Positions 23,192-32,324 of a stretch of 64,000 nucleotides of DNA are shown in pieces. The notes below the pieces were generated by a model. The model worked only from the letters and a program-made list of their open reading frames with translations, had not been told where the DNA came from and did no database searches. Source of the stretch: an uncultured Planctomycetia bacterium (lineage in GTDB: Bacteria > Omnitrophota > Gorgyraeia > Pluralincolimonadales > Pluralincolimonadaceae); assembly GCA_964650515.1 (NCBI GenBank), contig CAZYUB010000003.1:68096-132095 (forward strand). Direction: 5' to 3'. The translations under genes and the position numbers were made by a program. Each line of letters begins with the position of its first letter. Position 1 is the stretch's first letter.

Positions 23192-25477
23192 TTATTTAGT
23201 GACCAGGCGGGAGGTCGGAATAAGCCTTAGCTCGTCGAGAAAAACGGCCCCTTTGCCCCCGTTTTTTGTGCACAGGGCGAAGGAGATCTTCTTTATCCTG
23301 TCCAGCTTGGTATCCCCTCCCCACCAATAGGATAATTCGGTGGTATTTACTGATATCTCCTTCCATTCCCCTCCTGTGGGGGCAAGAGTGATCTTCTTGC
23401 CGAACGTGCTGTTATTTATGTCTATGAGCTTGAATTCAAGGTTGTTCTCGCTCCCCTCAACCTTGATAAGGAACCTGAACGAATAATTCTCCGGGCCTAG
23501 CGTAAGGTAGCGTTCTTTTTCTATGACGACCCATCTCCCGGTCTTCCCTCCGCCAAGGTCGTAATCGAGCTTCAGGCTGCTGCCGTTCTTTTCCGGAACG
23601 GACTTGATATTTATCGAAGCGCCCCTTGCGATGTTGGTGCTCCAGCCCGCGGCCGTTTCGAAATCATCAATGATGCCGTTTGCCCAGACAGGCGAATCGG
23701 GAAAATCGTTGAGCAAAGCGGCGAAGCGCGCGATTTCAGCGGAGCCGGCCGTTTCGAAACATATGTCGCTTAAGATCACTTTCCCTTTTCCTTCCGTGCA
23801 ATCCGCAAGGTCGAATACGAAATTAATTTTCTTGATCTTGTCGCGGTCAGTGATGAAGCCGCCCCAAAAAGAATCCGCGCCGTTCCATCCGGTATGCTTG
23901 CCCCCGAATTCGCGCAGAGGCACCGTGACCTTGCGCCATTTATCTGTTATGCCTTTGAACTTGTATGCCGCGCCGCTGTTCGCGCTTTCCAGTTCGATCC
24001 TGAAAGAATGGGTGAACCTCGCGTCCTTTTCGCCTTTGACCATGAAAGACACCGCGTTATATGCGGACATATCAAGCCCGCTCAAATCCTTTGAAGTGAT
24101 GTGCTGCTGGATCCTGGCAAGGTCGTAATCGATCGTGACCTGCTCCGGATATTCTTTTTTTGGCGCGCGCGGGATATTCATTGCGGGCAATTCATCGGAA
24201 TCCCTTTTTTCGTAAAGCGCGGAAAATTCCGGCCGCGGAGAAAAATAATTGGATAACAATTGCCGGCCTTTAATGGTGATGGGGTCCTTTTCAAAAATCC
24301 TCCAGACAATGCCGTCATCTAAGTAGTTCGCGAGGCTTAAAAATAGCATGCCCTGGTCAAGCGCGCATACGTAACCTTCATACAGGTTGCCGGTGTCTAT
24401 GTCCACAGCGTCCCTGAAACCGAAATCGAATTCCCTGTCCGATATCATGAAACTTTTCCGGAGGCCGTATTCTTCCAGGGCCCGCAGGTTCCGGCATACT
24501 TTTTTAGGATAATAAACCACCGCGAGCGCGGACGCGTGCGGAGTAATGACATTGCCGCGGAGCCCTCCCCACCCTAGGTAGTCGCCCCAAGGCGAATAGC
24601 TGGAGGACCATCCCCACACCGGGGAACCCGCATCCCTTGCGAAGAGCATCTGGGCGTAAGCGAAATCGGCCATGGACCTGCCTAACTCGGTCTCCCTTTC
24701 ATCAAGGAAGAGGGCGCATATCCCTTGCATGAAGATGCCCCCTCCGTACCATGAGGGCTTCATTACTTTCATGCCGTAGTGCGTTTCGGAGTCCCTTTTG
24801 AGCTTATACCATGATTCAGCAGGAGCGGCGCCCGTAGCCACCGCGAAGAATACGGCAAGCCGGGTGTCGGAGGCCAGAAGGTCTATGGGCCACTTTAGGA
24901 CCTCCCCTTCCACCACGTCAAATCCTCCGTAAAAGGCCTTTGAGGAGCTGTCATAGAAGGCCGACCAGTCCATCCTGTCCAGCAGTTTGGAGCATTTAGG
25001 GCCGAGTTCGGGGAATACCTGGCGGACCATTATGAGGCCGGCAGGCAGTTTATTGAAGTCGGAGATGGCGTTCCCTCCCGCGGATGCGCGCACATCGCCG
25101 AAGACGTTTACCGTGTTCACGAAGAAGCCCTTCCAGTGCTGGAGCTTCAGCAGGCTGTCGACCGCGAGCTCGGCCTTCTTCTTCGCGTCACCCCTGCCGA
25201 TAAAGCCCATCTCAGTGGCGACGCTCAAGCTTGCGAGGTAAAGGCCGATATTCGTGGTGTTAGTCCCGTCCGGCTTCTGGTCGGTATCGAAAGGAAAACC
25301 CGTCCTCGCTGACACGAAACTATCCATGCACCTCCAGGTGGCCTTTGCCAGCCGGAGAAGGTATTCGGTATCTTCCTGCGTTGTAGTTATATTGACGCGC
25401 TTTTGCGCCGCGGTAATGTCCATAGGTATCGATAAAACCATGCCGATAAGGAGTATTATAGCAGGGCTATTTTTCAC
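23192..25477 (-). CDS. large secreted glycoside-hydrolase-like protein (six-hairpin / DUF3131-GH144-like N-terminal region plus C-terminal beta-sandwich CBM-like domains)
   Basis: 761 aa. Signal peptide 'AIILLIGMVLSIPMDITAA'. Trp/Gly-rich 'SPVWGWSSSYSPWGDYLGWGG' segment is reminiscent of (alpha/alpha)6 glucoamylase-like hydrolases. The family assignment is tentative. Confidence 0.45.
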   Translation of the reverse strand: MKNSPAIILLIGMVLSIPMDITAAQKRVNITTTQEDTEYLLRLAKATWRCMDSFVSARTGFPFDTDQKPDGTNTTNIGLYLASLSVATEMGFIGRGDAKKKAELAVDSLLKLQHWKGFFVNTVNVFGDVRASAGGNAISDFNKLPAGLIMVRQVFPELGPKCSKLLDRMDWSAFYDSSSKAFYGGFDVVEGEVLKWPIDLLASDTRLAVFFAVATGAAPAESWYKLKRDSETHYGMKVMKPSWYGGGIFMQGICALFLDERETELGRSMADFAYAQMLFARDAGSPVWGWSSSYSPWGDYLGWGGLRGNVITPHASALAVVYYPKKVCRNLRALEEYGLRKSFMISDREFDFGFRDAVDIDTGNLYEGYVCALDQGMLFLSLANYLDDGIVWRIFEKDPITIKGRQLLSNYFSPRPEFSALYEKRDSDELPAMNIPRAPKKEYPEQVTIDYDLARIQQHITSKDLSGLDMSAYNAVSFMVKGEKDARFTHSFRIELESANSGAAYKFKGITDKWRKVTVPLREFGGKHTGWNGADSFWGGFITDRDKIKKINFVFDLADCTEGKGKVILSDICFETAGSAEIARFAALLNDFPDSPVWANGIIDDFETAAGWSTNIARGASINIKSVPEKNGSSLKLDYDLGGGKTGRWVVIEKERYLTLGPENYSFRFLIKVEGSENNLEFKLIDINNSTFGKKITLAPTGGEWKEISVNTTELSYWWGGDTKLDRIKKISFALCTKNGGKGAVFLDELRLIPTSRLVTK

Positions 25478-27566
25478 TTTTTACTATTATCCCGCTCCTG
25501 TTATGAAGCGCCGTCCTTTGGCCGTTGACCGTGACCATTCTCGGTTCGTCGTGGTAATTCATCATGAAGTCGAACTCGGCCTTAGCCGATACCCTCCTTA
25601 CGCGGTGGACCTCCGGGGCGGGCGAGCCCTCCGGAAGGCGAAGCCCGAGTTCCCCGCAAAGCTTCCTGACGATCCCGACGTGGTAATCGAACGTGTGGGG
25701 CAGCCCGATGCCGGCGACTACGGCTTCTCCCCTTCCCGCTTTTTTCTTAATAACGCAAGGCCCGCCCTTGCTATGGACTTTTGCGATGACCTTTGAACCA
25801 CCGGCCCTGAATGTGCTGGTCCATGAGTCGGTAAGGCAGTCGATGCCGTATATATCGATAATGTTGTCGGTGGACTTCCCGACGGTCTCTATGCCCAGGG
25901 CATCCGCCAGCGCGGACTCGGGCCTGAAAAGGAGGTCTTTGTCCGGGAGTTGGAAGTTCAACAGCAGCTTCCCTCCATGCTTGACATACGACGCGAGCTT
26001 GATCTGCGTAGCCCTGTCCATGAAGTCCAGGCTGAAGACGCACAGGTATCTCGCCTTGTTGATCTCGGCCTGCGCGGCGCGTTCAATGTCTATCATGTTG
26101 AAATTGAATCCGGCGAGAACGAGTAGCCTGCCTATGCCGTCGAAGAATAGCCTGTCCCTCAGCGAGCCGATATCATCTGCGAGCCGGCCCTTCATGTATT
26201 CGGTCATGTAATACGGCATATAGACGCCTACCGAAAGGTCACAGGCCTTTTTGGACGCGGCGAGCTCCGCGTTATTCGCCTTTAGGAACCTGCCGAAGTT
26301 CCTTATCGGCTGCAGGTGGGATTTCTCGGAACCGTCCGCCGAGACCGGCGCCTGCCATTCATGGTAAGAGCTGCGCGCGGCAAGTTCTTTAGGGCTCTTC
26401 CCCCCGCAGAACATATAACAGTTTATGCCGTTCATGCCGTGTCCGGCAGATGTCTTGAGGTTCAGGTCCACGTCGGACGGGTAGAGCCGCGGCCTGTCGT
26501 TCATGATGCCCGACTGCATCTCGACGACTATGCTCGGGATGCCAGGCCTGGTTATCATCTTCACCGTTTCGGACAGGAGCGCCACATCATGGAAATTCTC
26601 GTAGTCGAGGCGCCTCATCTGGTAGGCGCCGCCGAACACGACATCGGGCACGTAATCCCTGAAATCCCTGAACATCGAGGTGGTCATCATGCCGTGCACT
26701 CCCCTGCCACAGGTGCTGTAATCGTAGAAGTGGGCGATATTCGCCACAAACGGGACATTTATGCCGTGCTTCTTTGCCATTGCGGCCAGGTTCCTGTAGA
26801 AGACCGCGTAATACCTGCGGCAGAAGTTCGCCCAGTCCCAGTAGGCGGCCATCTCCGATTCCTCGATCTCCCCGTCGGGCTGCTCTATCTCTCCGAAGGA
26901 CGCCCAGCAGCTGCCGTATTCCCTGTTGAGTTTCTCGATCGTCCTGTATTTTTCTTCCAGGAACCTGCGGTACATTTGCGTGGCGGTCTCGCTGTAATCG
27001 AACTGTTTCGCGAGCCAGTTTATCATGCTTATCTCGTTATCAAGCTGTACCGCTATTACGTTGCCGCCCCTTGTGACCTGGTTCTTCGCTATGATGGGCA
27101 TGACCTTCGAATACCACTTGTCGACCATCTTCAGGAAGAACGGGTTGTTATGCGACACGACCGTCGAGTCGAAATCCGAGCCGTCCTTCTTCTTCAGCCG
27201 GACCTCGGGGTATTTTTGCGTAAGCCATAACGGGACGCCGTGCCCCTGTATCTCGCCGTGCGTGACCGGGCCCGGCCTGCAGAAGAAATACAGCCCGTGC
27301 TTATTCAGCAGCTCGAACAGCCCGAGAAGGTCCCGCTCGGGCCTTGTCCGGCCCGTGAAGTCGAAACTTCCCTCCTTATATTCATGCCATGCCCACGGTA
27401 TATATGAGCTGAAAGTATTGAGCCCTGAATCCTTCGCCTTCTTTATCCTGTCCTCCCAGTCCCTGCGCGCTATCCTGAAATAGTGTATCTCGCCGGAGAA
27501 GATAAAGAACGGCTTGCCGTTGACCAGAAATTCCCCTTTCTTGAGTTCTATGCCCTTTTTCATCAA
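25467..27566 (-). CDS. beta-galactosidase, glycoside hydrolase family 35
   Basis: 699 aa. 'FLVNGKPFFIFSGEIHYFRI...SGLNTFSSYIPWAWHE...FDF', 'FFCRPGPVTHGE', 'GGNVIAVQLDNE' align in my memory with GH35 'GSIHYFR...GLNT...YV.WN.HE' and 'GGPII..Q.ENEYG'. No signal peptide, so cytoplasmic. Confidence 0.8.
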   Translation of the reverse strand: MMKKGIELKKGEFLVNGKPFFIFSGEIHYFRIARRDWEDRIKKAKDSGLNTFSSYIPWAWHEYKEGSFDFTGRTRPERDLLGLFELLNKHGLYFFCRPGPVTHGEIQGHGVPLWLTQKYPEVRLKKKDGSDFDSTVVSHNNPFFLKMVDKWYSKVMPIIAKNQVTRGGNVIAVQLDNEISMINWLAKQFDYSETATQMYRRFLEEKYRTIEKLNREYGSCWASFGEIEQPDGEIEESEMAAYWDWANFCRRYYAVFYRNLAAMAKKHGINVPFVANIAHFYDYSTCGRGVHGMMTTSMFRDFRDYVPDVVFGGAYQMRRLDYENFHDVALLSETVKMITRPGIPSIVVEMQSGIMNDRPRLYPSDVDLNLKTSAGHGMNGINCYMFCGGKSPKELAARSSYHEWQAPVSADGSEKSHLQPIRNFGRFLKANNAELAASKKACDLSVGVYMPYYMTEYMKGRLADDIGSLRDRLFFDGIGRLLVLAGFNFNMIDIERAAQAEINKARYLCVFSLDFMDRATQIKLASYVKHGGKLLLNFQLPDKDLLFRPESALADALGIETVGKSTDNIIDIYGIDCLTDSWTSTFRAGGSKVIAKVHSKGGPCVIKKKAGRGEAVVAGIGLPHTFDYHVGIVRKLCGELGLRLPEGSPAPEVHRVRRVSAKAEFDFMMNYHDEPRMVTVNGQRTALHNRSGIIVKSEK

Positions 27567-27576
27567 GCCCTCAATA

Positions 27577-29952
27577 TTAAGCCATGTTCACTTTTACGTT
27601 ATGGACTTTCTTGTCTTTAAAAGGAGGGATAAGGTTGTCCTTGAGCTTATGCCCGTCCACGATGACCGACTTGACTCCCCTTGCGCGGCCTTTCGGATTG
27701 TTTATCGCGATCCTGTATACTGCGCCGCGGAAATGGCGCGTGACCGAGCACTTCCTGAACGATGGCGGAAGGCACGGGTCTATGGCGAGGCCGCCGAACT
27801 CAGGCCTTATGCCCAGCATCCACTCGGTTGCGGCCACGAAGAACCAATCGGCGCTCCCGGTGAGCCACGTGAAGGCGCCTTCCCCGTAACGCGGGTTCCC
27901 CGGCCCCACTACATACTCCGGATAGATGTACGGTTCCGACCTGTAGGCCTCTATGTCCTTGTTATCGCTGCACGGCAGGACCTGTTTGAAGGTCTCGTAT
28001 GCCTGTTTCGCCCTGCCGATCTTAAGGTCCGCGACGGTCTTGAAAGCGCCGCCGTGGCAGAATATTGCGGCATTCTCCTTCGTGCCCGGGGCGAATGCGG
28101 TAATGCGGCCGATCCTCGCGTTATATTTAGTGTAAGCCGGCTTGAACAGCACAGGGCCGTACGGGGTCGCGAGGTATCCCTCGACCGTTTTAAGTATGCT
28201 TGCCAACTGGCGCTTGTCCGGCAGCCCCGCGAGGATGGCCCAGCTCTGCGCGTTCAGCTGGCACCTGTCCTCCTTGTTCTTCCTCGAGCCGATGGGCTCG
28301 CCGTAATCGTTGAAGGCGTAGCAATACCATTTGCCGTCCCACGCGTATTTATTTATGATCGCCTTCATTTTTTCGTACCGTTTTTCGCATTCGGCGGCGG
28401 TCTTTTTGTCTTTTATGTGCAAGGCGAGTTCTTTCATGTTATTCAGCGCCACGCACAAACCCATACCGAGCCAGACGCTCTCTCCTTTGCCGCCTATGCC
28501 GGTCCTGTCGAACGCGTCGTTCCAGTCCTGCGTGCCCATGAGCGGCAATCCGCGCCTGCTTTTTCCTATATCCATCAGGAACTGCGTAGCGCGTTTAGCG
28601 TGATCGTATAATGTCGCGCTTCCGCCGTCATAGAACTTCACCTTCTTCCTTAATATCGCCATGTCGCCGGTCTCTTTGACGTATTTTATGAGAAGCATGG
28701 GCAGCCATATCGGGAAATCCGACGGCGGCCTGCCGGCGTTCGTGCCCTTGACGAGCGACCATCCCGGAAGCGGCTGGCCGTTCCTGCGCTGGTGTTCGGC
28801 CAGTTTTATCATCCTCTGCCTCGCGTAAGGGGCATTCATCGACACCATGGCCCATGCATCCTGCGCCGTGTTCCTGTATCCGAACTCCCCCCATCCCTCG
28901 TGCTGGTAGGTCGCGCTCCTGCCCCAGTGGTTGTTCATGTATACCTGGTATTTTATCCAGACGTTCACCGAACGGTCGAAGTCCCTGTCCGGCGTCGTGA
29001 CCGTCACGTTATCGAGGATTGCGCGGTTCCAATATTCCTTCGTCTTTTCGAATTCCTTCTTCGCCGTACCGATATTTCTGAGCGCACCGAGCATCTTCCC
29101 TATCTTGTGCTTGTTTTCGGCAATGCCGAGGACAACGGAAAACTCCCTGGATTCGCCTGCGCGCAGCGTCATTGCACTCTCGAAGGCGGCTATCATGTTG
29201 CTGCCCCTGACTTCCGTGCCGGTGCATCCGGTTTTCTCGACGGCCATTGGATTTTCGTAATCCCTGTACCTGCCTATGAAGTTCTCGTAATCTATCTCGA
29301 AATTATCTACAGGCAGGCCTGTGCCCATGAAACCGAGATACGGGCACGGGACGTTCCCCCACGGGAATTTTGTCGCGATGACCGCATTGAGCCGCTTGTC
29401 GTATCTTCCTTCGTTCATCAGGACGGTAAGGTTCCTGCAGTGCAGTTCTGCGCCCCAATCGCCGATAAGCCATTCCGCGAACGGGAAGAGCTTCAGATTC
29501 CTGGCCTTGCCGCTCCTGTTCGTTATCCTGACGAGCCATACCTCGGCGTCCTTGTCCTGCGGGACGAAGAACGTCATCTCCGTCCGTATGCCGGCGTATG
29601 ACGAATCTATCTTCGTGTATCCGGGTCCGTGCCTGCATTCGTATGAGTCGTATTTCTTTACCGGCTGGAAACCCGCCGACCAGTATTTACTGCTGGCGGT
29701 GTCTTTTATGTACAGGAACCTTCCGGGCCTGTCGGTAAGGTATGCGGCCGGATACCAGCGCGTAAGCCTGTGGACGCCGGGATCGAGGTACCAGCTGAAG
29801 CCGCCCCCGCCCTGCGAAAGTATCAGGCAATACCTTCCGTTGGAAAGGTAATTGATCCAAGGCCTCGGGGTGTTCGGGTCCTTTACCACGAATTCCGTGC
29901 CGTCAGCGCTGAAATCACCGTATTTCCTGTAAGTCGACATCTCCGCCGTCAT
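27577..29952 (-). CDS. GH94-like glycoside phosphorylase (cellobiose/cellodextrin/chitobiose-phosphorylase family)
   Basis: 791 aa. N-terminal 'GTEFVVKDPNTPRPWINYLSNGRYCLILSQGGGGFSWY' matches the cellobiose-phosphorylase N-terminus '(E)YVIT.P.TP.PWINYLG....F.I.S.TAGGYSFY'. Confidence 0.7.
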   Translation of the reverse strand: MTAEMSTYRKYGDFSADGTEFVVKDPNTPRPWINYLSNGRYCLILSQGGGGFSWYLDPGVHRLTRWYPAAYLTDRPGRFLYIKDTASSKYWSAGFQPVKKYDSYECRHGPGYTKIDSSYAGIRTEMTFFVPQDKDAEVWLVRITNRSGKARNLKLFPFAEWLIGDWGAELHCRNLTVLMNEGRYDKRLNAVIATKFPWGNVPCPYLGFMGTGLPVDNFEIDYENFIGRYRDYENPMAVEKTGCTGTEVRGSNMIAAFESAMTLRAGESREFSVVLGIAENKHKIGKMLGALRNIGTAKKEFEKTKEYWNRAILDNVTVTTPDRDFDRSVNVWIKYQVYMNNHWGRSATYQHEGWGEFGYRNTAQDAWAMVSMNAPYARQRMIKLAEHQRRNGQPLPGWSLVKGTNAGRPPSDFPIWLPMLLIKYVKETGDMAILRKKVKFYDGGSATLYDHAKRATQFLMDIGKSRRGLPLMGTQDWNDAFDRTGIGGKGESVWLGMGLCVALNNMKELALHIKDKKTAAECEKRYEKMKAIINKYAWDGKWYCYAFNDYGEPIGSRKNKEDRCQLNAQSWAILAGLPDKRQLASILKTVEGYLATPYGPVLFKPAYTKYNARIGRITAFAPGTKENAAIFCHGGAFKTVADLKIGRAKQAYETFKQVLPCSDNKDIEAYRSEPYIYPEYVVGPGNPRYGEGAFTWLTGSADWFFVAATEWMLGIRPEFGGLAIDPCLPPSFRKCSVTRHFRGAVYRIAINNPKGRARGVKSVIVDGHKLKDNLIPPFKDKKVHNVKVNMA

Positions 29953-30875
29953 TTCCTTTCGAGTTCTATGGAACGTTGGACCACGATCTTCACCTTCGAC
30001 GCTTCCGCGCCGCTTATCAGCGCTGCCGCGTCATCCACGGTCATCCCGGCCGTAGATTTGCCTTCTATCGAAACCACCTTATCCTTCGACTTAAGCCCGG
30101 CGATATCGGCCGGCTCACCCACTATTACGCTGTTTATGATCAGGTCCTTGCCCGAGGTATCGAGGAAGATGCCGACACCGACGAAAGAATGCTTCTGGTA
30201 GTCGATCTTCTTCCTCGCCAGTTCGCATTCCCTCTCCACAAGGAAGACCGAAGAGGCGTTTTCGAGGCCGAACAGGTAGTCGGCGACCTCATCGACCGTT
30301 TTGCCTCTTGTCTTCATATCGTTGATCTGTATTATGCGGTCGCCCGCCTTTATCCCGATGGCCTGCGCGCTGCTTCCTGTGATGACGTCCTTGACGGACA
30401 TCTCGCCTCCGGAGGACTTGAGGTCCATCCCGAAGCCCTTGCCGATCCTGCCCTGCCTCTCAATGGCTTCCTTTTCTCGCCTGTCTGCCTCGGCTTTCTT
30501 CTTCGCGTCTATCTCGCCCCTGAGCTGACCGGCTTTCGCTATCGCATCGGCCGCCGCTTGCGAGGACGGGTTTGCCTGCAGGGCCTTATTGTACTGCTCT
30601 ATAGCAGCGTCTATGTTGTTCGTCGCGAGGAACTGGTTGCCGAGGTTTATGAAATTCTCCTCTTCCGACAGCTTCTTCACCTCTTTTACGGTGTCCTTCT
30701 TGACCCTCATAGTGCCGATCTTGATCTTTACGTCGTAATAATCGGCGCCCTCCGAGGCCACCACGCCCTCGATCTTCCTGCCGTCGTTCATTATGATGGT
30801 GTCGGCCATTGGCGCCTGGCAGATAAACGCCGACAACAGGAATAACACGACCGCTGTTATTGCGCTCCTTTTCAT
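29949..30875 (-). CDS. periplasmic tandem-PDZ-domain protein
   Basis: 308 aa. Signal peptide 'AVVLFLLSAFICQA'. Two 'GIKAGDRIIQI / GLKSKDKVVSIEG' PDZ-like segments. Confidence 0.55.
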   Translation of the reverse strand: MKRSAITAVVLFLLSAFICQAPMADTIIMNDGRKIEGVVASEGADYYDVKIKIGTMRVKKDTVKEVKKLSEEENFINLGNQFLATNNIDAAIEQYNKALQANPSSQAAADAIAKAGQLRGEIDAKKKAEADRREKEAIERQGRIGKGFGMDLKSSGGEMSVKDVITGSSAQAIGIKAGDRIIQINDMKTRGKTVDEVADYLFGLENASSVFLVERECELARKKIDYQKHSFVGVGIFLDTSGKDLIINSVIVGEPADIAGLKSKDKVVSIEGKSTAGMTVDDAAALISGAEASKVKIVVQRSIELERK

Positions 30876-30888
30876 ACTAACCTCCCTT

Positions 30889-32322
30889 CTATTCCCCGAA
30901 GATCTCGATCTCCCAGAGGGAATAGCCCCATTCTTTGCGTGCGCGTTCCTTACAGAAGACCCTTACATACCTCGCGTCCTGCGGCTTCTCAAGCGTAATC
31001 TTCTCCTGCCCGCCTTTCGATGAATTTTCCGTGTATATCGTATTCCAATTGACAGCATCGACCGAGACGTCTATGGAATAGCTTTTCGCGAACGCGGTCT
31101 CCCATACAAGCGTTATCGAATCTATCCTCCTGCTGCGCCCGAGGTCTACATATACCCATTGCGGGTCCGTGAACGCGCTGCTCCATCTTGTCTTATGGCT
31201 GCCGTCGGCGGCGTTCTTCGCGAAGAAATCCTCGCCTTTATCAGGGTTCGGTTTCTGCGCGGTGGATGCCACCGCTCCCGCCGCTTCCATCGGCTTGACC
31301 ATTACGACCTCGGTTTCAACCGGCGTTTCGGACACGGCGCTCCCTTCCGGCACAAAACCGTATACGGAGATATCCCAGAGCGAGTTGCCCCATTCCGTGC
31401 CCTTTTCCAGCAAGGTCAACCTCAGGTACCTGCCTTTCTGCGGTCCCGGAAGCGCGATTATATCTTTTCCGCCGTTCCCGTTGGCGGTGCCGAAGATCTC
31501 TTTCCATGAAGACCTGTCGGCAGAGACATCCAGCTTATATGACCTGGAATAAGCGTTCTCCCAGAGTATGTCCACCCTCTTTATCTCCCTTTCGCCGCCG
31601 AAATCGAGTATCAGGCTCTGCGGGTCGAAATGCTCGCTGCTCCAGCGCGTTGTCTTTTCCGCGTCAACGGCGAATTTCGGGCTGAACTGGGCTAAGTCGC
31701 CTCCCTGGACAGAGGAAGCCCATATCCTGGTTACCGGGAGTTTCTCAAGAGGCAGCGGCTTCGGGTCGTATTCGAGGCCCTCTATGGGCTTACCTTTCAG
31801 GTCCGTTATCCTGACAGAGAACATCCATCCCGCAAATAAGTCGCTTATCTTGACCAGCAGCCTGTTCTTTCCCTTCCTAAGCATAACGGTTATCCGGTCT
31901 TCTATCGCCATCCCCCTCGCGACGTCGTTTGTAAGGACATTGACCCCATTAAGCCATATCTTCACGCCGTCGTCGCTGTGCACCTGCAGGCGCGCCGGCA
32001 TATCGGCCGGTGAATCTACCGAGGCGTACGCGTATGCAACGGACAGCTCGTTCTGCCCGAAAGCCGTCTCATCCTCGAAATCGATCGAGTTCTCCACGGA
32101 ATTGTATTCTTTCCATGTTTTCCCGGAGGAGGACTCTCCCGCCTTTGGCGCTAAGGCAGACTCGTCCTGTATGGATACGGTATCTAATTTTGATCCGGCG
32201 AACGGCCCGCATATATACCAGTTCCTTATATAGGCCGGGTCGTAAGCGGCGTGCGCGGCATGGCAGACGGCCGCCGACGCGGCGAGCAATAGTATCAGGA
32301 CATTCCTTTTCATGGCATCCAC
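30889..32322 (-). CDS. secreted protein with two F5/8-type-C (discoidin) domains and a central PA14/lectin-like segment
   Basis: 477 aa. Signal peptide 'LILLLAASAAVCHAAHA'. Repeated 'KTTRWSS...DPQ...LDFG', 'YKLDVS.D...WKEIF', 'RYVRV....KEWGYSLWEIEIFG' discoidin hallmarks. Confidence 0.6.
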   Translation of the reverse strand: MDAMKRNVLILLLAASAAVCHAAHAAYDPAYIRNWYICGPFAGSKLDTVSIQDESALAPKAGESSSGKTWKEYNSVENSIDFEDETAFGQNELSVAYAYASVDSPADMPARLQVHSDDGVKIWLNGVNVLTNDVARGMAIEDRITVMLRKGKNRLLVKISDLFAGWMFSVRITDLKGKPIEGLEYDPKPLPLEKLPVTRIWASSVQGGDLAQFSPKFAVDAEKTTRWSSEHFDPQSLILDFGGEREIKRVDILWENAYSRSYKLDVSADRSSWKEIFGTANGNGGKDIIALPGPQKGRYLRLTLLEKGTEWGNSLWDISVYGFVPEGSAVSETPVETEVVMVKPMEAAGAVASTAQKPNPDKGEDFFAKNAADGSHKTRWSSAFTDPQWVYVDLGRSRRIDSITLVWETAFAKSYSIDVSVDAVNWNTIYTENSSKGGQEKITLEKPQDARYVRVFCKERARKEWGYSLWEIEIFGE

Positions 32323-32324
32323 CT